Source: Monocercomonoides exilis PA203 (lineage: Eukaryota; Protista; Preaxostyla). From it: 64,000 bases of DNA. The DNA is taken from contig LSRY02000002.1 of the NCBI GenBank assembly GCA_001643675.2, positions 620,001-684,000 on the forward strand. Reading direction: 5' to 3'. The notes beneath the pieces were generated by a model that worked only from the letters and a program-made list of their open reading frames with translations, did not search any database and had not been told where the DNA came from. Shown in pieces: positions 42,952 through 54,900 of this stretch. Numbering within the stretch: the stretch's first letter is position 1; the number at the start of each line of letters is the position of its first letter. A program made the position numbers and the translations under genes.

Positions 42952-45900
42952 TCAAAGAGAATCAGTGATAAAATGGATGCTTGTTGTTGAACACGATTCG
43001 CTTCCCGACCTGCCACTTTCATTGATTCTGCGATCCCCATCATAGCCAGTATTAAGCCCTATTGCATCAGAAATGGTGAGCATCACAGCTCCAGCTGGAA
43101 AGCGTTGGATAAACTCCCGCTTTAGCTCGTTCAGTGATGGTCTCTCCTCTACTGACTGTTTTTCGCACCTTCCAATCAACACACAGAGTGAACTTCCTTC
43201 GATGGCTTTACAACCCTGCCTTTCTCCATTCACAATCTTCTGCCCCGCCACCTCTCCCTCATAATCTCCAAACGGGATCTGAAGTGTCAAGCACTCCCAC
43301 AGCATCATCCCAATTGAAAACACAACTGATTCCTTCGTCGCACCCATCTTCTTGTTCATCAGCAGCTCAGGCGCCTTCCACCTCAGACACTCTTTTTTGT
43401 AATAATCATCCTCATCCTCAAAAGCCGAAGAAGGCAAAGAGTCACTATCATCATCATCGTCATCGCTTGTTGATGTCACAACAGTCGATGAAGAGATGGA
43501 AGACGAGTCTGAATCATCAGATGAAAGGAAATCAGAGTGTATCACAATGCAGATGACCATGTGCTCTGAGAATAACACAATATGGGGACTCAAATTTGAA
43601 AGCGATTGAAGTGGATTTTCCATTTCATCAAATGAGTGGAGTGCGAGATTGGCCACCCAGAACAGGATCTGAGCAGCTGTTTGCTCCCTCTCCTGAAAAG
43701 TGCCAATAGCCATTTCCTTTGTCTTATTCTTTCCATGCAGTAGCATGAACAACGAATCCCTCAAGTCCACAATCAGCTTTTCGTGTGGTGATGAACATGC
43801 CATTGCATCCACCAGATTCGACATTGATGAAGTGGTTGGGCACAGACTCTCCGATCGAACAAATGTGGATTCTGTGTCTGAAGTGTCTGTTGTTGAGGTG
43901 GATGAGATGGATGGTGATGGCGTTCTCTTCCTTATCTCTTCCTCCTCTTTTTCTTCAACCTTCTCCAGCGCCCATTCTGGGATTTTGTCCGAATCCTTTC
44001 CAAGGATGTATTCAGTTGACCCGCTCTCACTCAACAAATGCTCTGACGACTCCGAGTGTCCCAGGCTTTTCTCATATATTCTCTTCTTCATTCTCTCTTC
44101 ATTCTTCTTCTCTGCCTCTCTTTCTGCTCTCCTCCACTGCTCCTCTGGCGACATCTCCATCGTCACCATCTCAAATGCCTTCGGATCCTTTCTGATGTTA
44201 TCGTTCACAATCTCTCTCAGATCTTCTGCTTCATTCTTCACCTTTCTCCATCGAACAACAAACATCACAAGTGAGATAAGAACAACCAATAATATCGCAG
44301 AAAGCACAATCACTATCAACAACCATGAAGATTTTCCTTCCTTTCCTCCTTCAGAAATCCTTTCATCTCCATTTGTTTTTGGTTCACTTTTGTTCTTCAG
44401 AATGAAAGAATCTGTTGATGATGGATTTTTTGCATCCCCAAAAAGAATGCACACGCTCACTTCTGTATCTTCTCCACAACTTCTGACCAGCTCTTTCTCC
44501 GCAATCCCTTTCACTTCAGTCTCTGATACATACCCTTCCTCCAGAAATGAATACTTCACAATCTCTTTCTCTTCTCCAACCTGTTTCACAATCATGAATG
44601 ACAGGTTGCATGGCAGAAGAAGAGTGCCTCTGAACACAATATTCAATGTTCCTTCATTCTCCTCTGTTTCAACTGATCGAAGAATGGGGATGAACAACAC
44701 CGATTCTCGCTCTGATCCAATCCCCCTCATCACACATCCATCATTCAGAATCCAAAGTGATGTATTTCTTTCCAATCCATCTCCCCCTTTCAAACTTTTC
44801 ACATCCAGTGTGCCTGAACCAGAGCAAACAATGTTCCTTCTCACAGAAGGATATTTTGTTATCGATGGATTGTTGTTCAAAAATTCTCCTTTCTCGATTG
44901 TCACTTCCCCACCAGAAACAGATAGTGCTCCATCATGTGCATTCCATATCGTTGTGTCTCTCACTTTCCCTTCACTCTCAGATATGTCTGCAACAGACCC
45001 ATTCCACCTGCATATCTCTTCAGCTGCATCTGCATTCACCTTCAAAGTGCTTTCTGTCTCGCTCCCATCAATTCTGCACCCATCCAGCACAACATCCCTG
45101 CTCTTCCATACTCCTATCACTCCTCCCTTTGCTCCTAAGCTCTGGCACATCTCAAATGAACAGTTAGACAGCTCCAACTTTGCTCTCTCGCATTGACTAG
45201 TCACTGCTGCTGCATTCTCTCCAGCACTCGAGATGTTCACAAACACAGCTCGACTCACTTGCACACTGCTCGCTCCATCTCCGCCTGCTGCTTCCTCCGC
45301 CTCCACCACTGACCCCTTCTCCGTCCTCATCCTATCTGCCTTCAACTCGTCAATCACCATACTCCCTTCTCTCACCACTATCCCTCCTCCTTGGCACTCA
45401 ACATTCCCTATCCTCAGCTGTCTCACAGTCACAGCTCCTCCACACCTCAGCAAGCACTCACCACACACATCCTCCATTTCACACCCCCTCATCTCCAGCT
45501 TCCCACTTGCACACTTCATGAGAATAGGAACTGATGCCTTGTGTCCATCTCCTTCCAATGAACTAAATCTCACACGATCAAACATCACATTTCCTTCCTC
45601 CATCCAGAATAGACTTGCGTGTGATGTGGGGAAGACTCGCGGCATCTTGAACTCCACCAGCTCCACAGCAGTGCTCCCTCCCACACCAATCATATATTCC
45701 CTGGTGTAGGATATGCCCGACCCAATCTTCACACTCGCCATCTCCCAGCTCTTCGACCTCACCACCATGCTCAAAATATCTATCTCCATCTCCACCTCGC
45801 TCTCCCCATCCACTGCCAGCATCGAGTTGAACTCTGCCACCACATGATCCAGTCCATATCCCAATGTCAGACACGGCTGCTCCACTGTCCCGCACTTCCG

Positions 45901-48900
45901 CCAGTTCCTGCCGCCTTTTCCAAGCACACTCGACACCACAATCGTCGCTGCCTGATACACTGTGATCAGATCCATCAGGTTCACTGGCGTCTCGCTCCGC
46001 TTGTCCACCCCATAGATTGCATTCCCTTGGATATACACCTCCTGCCGCAGATCCATCTTAAACTGGCTCTCGTTGATCTGCCGGCTGATGTTCGCACACT
46101 CAACAAAGATGTCCCGCCCCACAAACGCATTGTTCCCACTCAACGACACCTTCTCAAACACAAAGTTCAGATCTCCTCCAAGCTCTGTCCCCAAATACAC
46201 TCCGCCTCCCCGCCCTTGCGTTATCGAGCAGCTGCTTTGCACAATCTTCCCTCCCTTCATGCGGAACTCTCCTCCCTCATTCAGCCGGAACTCCACCACT
46301 CCACCTTTCTTGCTCTCTCCTGCCTTGCATGACTCGAATGTGCTCTCATTCACCACCACCTTCACACTCCCTCCACACACACTCTCCACAACACACGGTC
46401 CATCATCCTCCCGCTCCGCCATCACAAATGTCGATCCATTCACTGTCACACTCGTTCCACTCATCCCTCCTGCATTTTCCAATCTACCGATATCATTTAT
46501 ACTGCTGCTCACAACACTGATTGCACATCCCTCGTGATACTCCTGCGAGCTCATCCGCACCTCCCTCAGGTTGCAGCTCACTCCTTCAAACACCATCATC
46601 ACACAGCCCTTCACCTTCATTCGCTCAAATCTCACATCCACCACCACCAATACCCCTGCTTTCACAACAACAACAGATCCACACAACTCCCCGCCAGATC
46701 CTGCTCCTCCAACCACACATCTTTCCATTTCCAGCAGTGTTCCTGATCCACTCAAAACCCCTTTCTTCTCCACTCCACCTGAACCCCCAACCACCATCTT
46801 CATCCTCCGAACACACAGCGTCCCAGCGTATGCGATGAATGGATCTTCACTCAACACACTCTCCCCTCCTTTTCCACTGAATACAAGCTCATCCTTCACA
46901 TCCTCCTCCTCTCCTTCTCCTCCCACACCACTCACAACCATGTTCTTCATTGTCCAGTCATCCTCCACTCTCGCCTCCCCTTCCACCACAATCTCTTTCA
47001 TCTCCTCTGTCCTCTCCACTTGCTCCATCCCCTTCCACAGCGTCTCACACGGATCGTCCACATTTCCACACCGCATCACATCCTGTCCTTCTGAGCTCAC
47101 ATGTATCTTCCGGCTCTTGAATCCCACAACATATCGCAGGAGATCTGTCTCGTTCCTGCTTTCATCGCTCCCAACAAATCCGTTCCCGTTCTCTTTCATC
47201 CCCTGATAGTCAAACCCAAACGAAGTTGTTGTCACAGTTTTGTTCAGATCTCTTGCCAAAACAAACATGTGCTCTCCCACTTTTGCACTGTTTAATTTGA
47301 ACGAAACCTCCTTCAGCTTAAACGGGTGAACAATCAGCGACCCTGAGCAATCCACAAACAAAAATCCTCCTCTCCCAAATGCAACTGAGCACTCGCATTC
47401 TTCTGCTGTTGTGTTCTTCAGCATAAGAGTCTGCTCACCCTTCACAATCATTTTCATCCCTCCACCCTCTTTCTCTTCTGGTGCTTTCACCTTCTTCATT
47501 GCACAACCTTCAATCATCACATTCGATCTGAACTCAAAAGCACTCTCACTGAATGTTGCCTTTTCTATCGAGCATCCAACGAGCTCCACCTTTCCGCCTG
47601 AAGTCTTCATCACTCCATATCTCATCACACTTCCACTCTCAAACTGGAATATGCAATCCGTCATGCTCAATGCCCCATCTTCTGTCTCCGAAAGCAGCAC
47701 CACTTCCTGCCCACTTGCAAGCATCTCCGGAAGCACAAACTCAACTCCTTCAAACCCTGCTCTCTCACTGTTCTCAAACACACACTTCCCATCTCCTCCA
47801 CTGATCTCCTCCCCAATCTCCATCACACACCTTGTGACTGCTCCTGTTCCTGCCCCATTGCACACCGTTCTTATCCCTGACACATCAAACCAATCTGCAA
47901 CCCTCATCTTCCCTTTCACCAAGATCTTAGCTCCCTCAACTGTTTCACGATCTGCGTTCTTCACCCCTCTCCAAAATGTTTCACATGGCATTTTCTCACT
48001 CCCACATCCTATCATGTCACATCCGCCTTCCCTCACATGCACTTCTCCCCACTTATGCTCAACAAGAAACACCACAAGTTCCACCGCCTCTTCAACAAAT
48101 CGCACCCGATCCACTCCTTTCATATCAACAATCACCTCCCCTTCTCCGTTCTTCACTGCAAACCGGAATCGAGATCGAGTCACTGTCTTGTTCAGATCCT
48201 CACACTCCACAAACACATCTCTTCCACATGCTCCTGCGTTCTCTGCAAACTCAAGCCCATCAAAATTCATATCTCCCATTCTTGTGCTTGCAACATTCAA
48301 ATATATTCCTCCACCTCTTCCACTTTCACCATTCACACAACAACTCTCCAACGCTCCATCCGTGATGCACAAGCTGCTTCCTTCACTCACTTCGCAGTGC
48401 ACTCCTCCTCCATCCCCATGAGCAGATTGACATCCATTGAATGTGCTACCTTCCGTAATCTCCACGCTTCTCACATTCTCCATCCACACCACTCCCCCGT
48501 CCGTCGCATCCACTTCCTCCACACATCCCTTGTGCATCCCAAACTCAGCTTCTCCGCTCCCTTCAATCAGCCCCTTCCCAGTTCCTCCCACATTCGATAT
48601 GTTCGTGTTGTTCATGATGAGCATTCCTCCCTCCATCTTCACAAAGCCTCCATCCACTCCAAAACTCACACCTTCCACTGCCACTTGATTCATCCGGACC
48701 TCTCCTCCGGTTTCCCTCACTATTCTCATCCATGTCTCCCACCTCACATCTGCTCCTGCTTCCTCTTCCCCAGCATCTGTTCCTGAACCTGCTCCAAACG
48801 CACAGTTCATCACAATCACCATACCAACACTCACACTGATCAGCCCATCCACTTCCTCCGATGCCACCTCCGGCAGTCTGAAATTCAGGCGGCTGAGCGT

Positions 48901-51900
48901 CAGTGTTGTCTGCGAGTCTCCAATGCTCTGCCTGAAGCACCCATGTTCTCTGACCTCCAAGCTGCATCCAGCACTTTTCCCCCGCACTGCCAGCGATTTC
49001 CCCTTCCGATCAATCACATAATCCATCCAGTTTCCGTTGTTCATCTGGATCGTCGTCTTCTCCTCTCCCATGTTCATAAACCCATCGATGAACCTGTCAC
49101 AGGGCGAGATCTCGCTTCCACACGAGTCTGCTGCTGTGCTCCTCCCTGCCTCCACATACACAATCGCCCCTTCCACAGGGAACAGATACTTTTTCACTGA
49201 CAAGTCGATCACTGTGCCTGTCACAGAGTCAACCACCCACACATTCACCTCTGGCGTGCTCTCCTCATCCACTGTCCCCATCCACAGATCCTCCCGCAGC
49301 ATCACCTCTGGCTCCCCACACACAACAAACACATCCAGTCCCTTTGCTGCAGCATTCCCCTCAAACACATCCTCTCGAAGCGAGTACTTCGCCTCCCTGT
49401 CCTCCAGCTCCGCAAACACTCCTCCTCCATATCCTGCTGTTCCCACCACTGCACACCTCTCCACTCTGTTCGAATCAAACACAAACTCCCCTTTCCCTGC
49501 AACACTCACAAATGCACATCCTCCACAAGACGGATTCCCCATGCACACATCCTGTACAAATGTGCTCTCCTTCACCTCCACTTTCTGCCCTTCTCCCACT
49601 CTCCCTGCAAACACACCTCCATTCCCGCTCTTCCGTGTCTTTCCCTCCACGCTGATGTTCTTCGCAAAAACACTCGCCCTTTCTTCAAACGCAACAACAC
49701 TTCCATCATCCATTGTTGTTCCCTTCACTGTACTGTTTTCCACCCTCAGTGCAGATCCCTCCCTCACACCAATCAGCCCACTTTCTGCTCCACAAACAAC
49801 ATTCTCTATCTCCAATCCTTCAAACACTCCTTCACCTCCACACAGCTCAAACAACTCAAATTCCCCTGTGTTCATATTCTTCATCTTCAACCCATTCACA
49901 ACCACCTTTCCTCCACTCGCTTTTATCAATGAATACTTCATTTTCAACTGCCCATTAACTTGCTCCACCTGGCAGTTCTCCAGCTTCAGCTCCTCTCCCT
50001 TGCACGCAAACAGACACTCCCATCTGGCTGCCGAAAACTCGTTGGGAACAGCAAACGATATGTTTTTCACAAATACATTCACTCTCGTTTCCAACAGCCC
50101 TTCTCCCTCCCCTGTTCCATCATTACGCACATGAACACTTGTCTCTCCACCCTCAATAACACCCTTCAACTTCACTCCCTGCAACTCAAGCACTACATGA
50201 TCTTTCAGCTCAAATGATTCCATCGCCACCACTTCTCCACTTCCAACCACTCCTCCAAAACGCACTTTCAGCGCCTGCTTAATTGTTCGACACGGTGCAT
50301 ATGCCATCCCACAACCTGAATGATCATATCCCCAGTCTGATTCTCCCCCAACATATGCCGTGCCTCCAAACTTATCAAGATATGCAACAAGTGGAATTCC
50401 AAAAGTATCACCGGTTGAGCAACGCTCATATCCCATCAGATCCCCCATCTCCATCCCACCTCTCTCAAAATTCATTGAGCCTCCACTCACAATAACACTC
50501 AAATCCTTCCCTTCCACAAACACATTCTTCCCCTTCCACGCTTTGCACACCTCAAACTCCAGCCCTTTCAATTCAAACCCACTCACACCATCTGAACACA
50601 ATAAAAATACCCCTCCTCCCAATCCCCTTCCTTCTCCTCCTTCTCCTTCTCCTTCTCCCTCAGGCACTTCACATCCTTCAAACTTTGTCCCCTCTATCAC
50701 TACTTCTGCTCCCTCACCCTGATTCACAATCATCCCTCCTCCTCGAAGCCCATTCCCACCTCTGCACTTTCCTTTGATCGTGCAATTCTCCACATGGACA
50801 TCTCGCAATTGACCAGGTCCACTCTCTACTCCAATGCACCCTCCATCTCCTCCTCTGTGCCAAGCACAGCCAAAAACACTGTTGTTCACCTTCATCTTCC
50901 CACCTCCTCCAATATCAATTGGCACTCCCATAAACCCTATTTCCCCGCTTCCCTCAACCACAAACTCATCCAATATCACTCCGCCTCCCTCAACTTTCAA
51001 CAGCCCACCACTCACACCATCAAATCCCTCTTCGCCAGACAGCCTCATCACACACCACATCATCTCCAAATCACCTCCAATACACTCAATCAAACTACCC
51101 ACTGCTTCACTCTTCACCAACACCCCAAATGTGCAGTTTGCCATCTGTGTTCCTGTTGTTGTGTGAATCATCCCATTCCCAACTCCCGCCTCTCCCCACA
51201 CCACATTCACATTTGTTCCTCTCTCCACACCCTTCAGCTCCCACTTCTGTCCGCTCATCTCCACCTTCTCGCTCCAGCTGAACCCTTCATTCACAATTAT
51301 CTTCTTCTCACTGTTCGCAAACCTCAATCCAACAAGCTTCCCAATAGTCGCACATCCATATCCTTCAAACCCACACCCTGAAAAGTCTCGCTCATTCACT
51401 CCTCCAACATACTCTGCGATGCCTTCCACTTCAATCATGAAAAACATCAGCGGAATCAGAAAACTCTCATCACCACCTTCAAACCCCATCGCTTCTCTCA
51501 CCCTCCCTTTATCTGTTGCAATCACTCCCACAAACTTTCTTCCACTCACTGCTTCACTCAGATCTTCAGCTTCCACAAAAACATTGTCTCCTCCTCTCAC
51601 TGCTTCATTCTTTCCCACACCTGTCCCAAACGCCACTCCACACACCTCATAATCCCATCCTTTTGATTCACTGCCTCCCTCCATTTTCAAAAACATCCCT
51701 CCTCCACAACCTCCAACTCCTTCTCTCAAACTGCTCCTGCACTTTTCAACCAATGTTTCTTCCTCGCTCCTCCCCATTCGAAAATATCCTCCTGCTTCTA
51801 TCTCCATACACACTCCCCCTCCACATCCTTTCTTCACACAACAACCAGAAAAGCTGCTGTTCCCAATCACCACACTCTCCCCATCTCCAATCACGCACCG

Positions 51901-54900
51901 CACTCCACTCCCATTCCCTGCTGTGCTCTCAATCCTGCTGAAAGTGCACTTCTCTATCTCCAGATTGCTCCCTCCTCGTCCAACCACAATCCCACTCAAC
52001 GAGCATCTGATCCCCTCAAATTTCGTCTGCTCAACAACAAGCTTCCCACTGGATGCATAATATACCAATCCATTTTCACATTCCACTGTTCCTCCACTAA
52101 TGTTTGTCTGGGAAATCAATCCTTCTCCATTATTGCTCACACAGACCATGCAGCTCCCCCCAAAGCTCAGCCCACTCACAGCCACCTGTCGCACACTCAA
52201 CTTGCCTCCGATACATTGCATAACCACATATTCGATCCTCTCCCCTTCCCCTCCCTCGAAATTGCACTGTCTCACCTCCACACTCCCACTCCGGCACGCA
52301 ATCACGCTTCTTCCTTCACCCACACTTGCTGGAAGCGATATCACCAGATTCACAATCGATGTTGTTGCTCCAGCTGTTGTGATCACTCCCTCTGCTCTCC
52401 CACTCTCTCTGCTCTCTATCACCACTCGAGGTGGAGATGCCTGTCCTTTCACCACAACAACTCCATTCATAAGTTCAACCTCACCTTTCACAACAGCCCC
52501 GCTGTTCGCCACAACTGTTATCCCTGCCCCAGTCCCATGCTTCCTGATCGCATAATCCACACTTGCACACTGCACATCTCCAAATCCACACATCTCCCAG
52601 TCTCTCTTGTTCAGTCCTCCAACATGATATTCGCTTGGCTTGCTCCGCAGATACACCACAAGTGGAATCACATTCGCTTCATCCCCATTCTCAAAACCGC
52701 ACACCTCACTCAGATTGCTTTCATCAATTGCAAACTTCAGCCGCTCTCTCTTCGCCACCTCTGCCAATCGAGGCCCTCTCACGAACAGCTTGCTCCCTGC
52801 TTTTGTTGCCACACACCCTGCGAACGATGCTCTTTCAATCACAAAATCATATCCTCCTTCCTTCACTTCAATCATCATCCCTCCTCCACACCCTCCTCCA
52901 CTGCTCTGCCCTTCTCTCGCCTCACACCCACCAAACAAAACTTCGCTCTCATTCCCCACACGAACACATGCTCCTGATTCCATCCTCACTACTATTCCTC
53001 CTCCATCCCCGCTCTCACATCGGCATCCCTGCATCGTCACATTGTTCATCTGCAGCACTTCACCTTCTGCCACATTCTTCGATATCACACTCCCATCTCC
53101 CCTCAACCTCACAATATTCCTGAAAGTGGTGAATGATATTGTCACTTTCCATTTCCCTTCAACACCAACAATTGGCGCATCTTCCAGCACAAAGTTTCCA
53201 ATCTCAACCTGCTCCATTCCCACTTTCCCCTCTCCTGCTCCAGACATGATCAGTGATGCACCAAATGCATTCAGAGATGAATGTCCGTTTGATGGCCGCA
53301 TCCGCATCCTCTTCAATTCCACACTTCCACTTCCCCTCACAACAAACAGTTTCATCTCGTGCTTTGCGTGTGAGTGCTCGATTGTGAACAAGCTCACAAA
53401 AACTCTTCCGCTTGTCACACTAAACATACTGTCTCCATTCATCATGCTGCTTGTGCTCACAACAGTCTCTTCTACACCCTCCCCACACACACTCAGCTCT
53501 CGAATTCCAGCACTTATTTCTCCCGCCTCTGATATATGTGTTCCTTTCCCCAAAAATATCCTCGACTCAAATTGAGTCATGCACTTCCCCAGTGAATGGG
53601 AAATTGTTCTGCATCCCGATTCGTCAGATAACCCACACAGCTCATCCCCGTCATTCCCACTTGTTGAAACAAAGCAAGAGGTGAACAACTTTTTCGTTGT
53701 TGGAAGCCAATCTTTTTCATATTTACCTGTGCCCGTATGAAAGAGCCGTTTTTCGTTAGTGTTTGTTGTATAACTCTCTTTGAAAGGTGTTGATGTGATA
53801 TTCACATTTGAACTTGTTTGAGTAAGATAAACATCATGCCCCAATGGATTCTCACCATTTGTGCAAGAACATTCGTGGAAAAACAAAAAGAAAAATGCTT
53901 TCAAATTCGTTTGATCTCCTGGGCATTTAACAAAATGGTGGCGAATTGCACCTCCTTCTTTAACAGCCGAACATTTGATAAATTGGCAGCTTCTCATTGC
54001 AAAAATGCTGGAGTATGACCAACTCATAACAGCCCCGTAATTTCCTTTATTTAAGCATTTCACAAATTGGCAATCAATAACCTGAGCTTGCCCTCCATTT
54101 CCATCGTCAGATCCAAGACAGCTTGTTGGAGAATCAATGGGATAAACGCTTAAGCAGAAAGCACTTCCTCTTCCTTGTTCGTTCACCCTATTGTTTTTGA
54201 ACAGACATTTTTGAGTTATTGTGCATCCGTTATTCCCAGCCATATTCAAGCTTCCTCCTTGAGTCTCTGATGTATTATTCAGGAAAAATATTTCAATGAG
54301 CATTGCTCCTTTTGAAGTTGTTGCATCGATGGCACCTCCTCCTGTATATGCATAACATCCTGTGAAATTGCATCTCGTCACACTCAGCAACATGAAAGAA
54401 GATTTAACACTTAAAGCCCCTCCTGATCCGGTATCAGTTCTGCAGCCTTCGAATGTGTCGTCCTCAAATGAAGCCGATGCATCAAGTTCTCTTCTTCCTT
54501 CGCTCCCATTGAAAATATCGTATTTGTTCGGATGTCTGATGTTGCCTTGATAGGTGCAGTTTCGCGAGACAACAGATGATGATGGCATGCTCAGTGGAGG
54601 AACAATAGCCCCATCCAGCACATCCTCCACTCGCATAAATTCCACGCATTCAAGCCTTGTTTTGCAATTGTATTGTCCTCCATCCACGAACCTCCACTGG
54701 CTCCAAACTGTGATGTTCGCAAATCTCGAGCCGATCACTTCAGCATTCCCAAGTGCTGGCGATACAATAAACGGTGATGATCCCCACAAGCTGAATGATC
54801 CAAAGCTGCACGCAATAATCTTTGCCTCTCCAAGCTCGTTCTCACTTCTGCTCCATGATTCAGGATGAAGCATTGGAGGCATCATTTTCTCTTCCCCAAC

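Noticed and set aside
43700-53575. Long plus-strand ORFs of up to 498 aa
   Set aside because: Antisense to the G-rich receptor gene. The codon bias removes opposite-strand stops, and the products are motif-free Ser/Pro/Thr/Phe strings.
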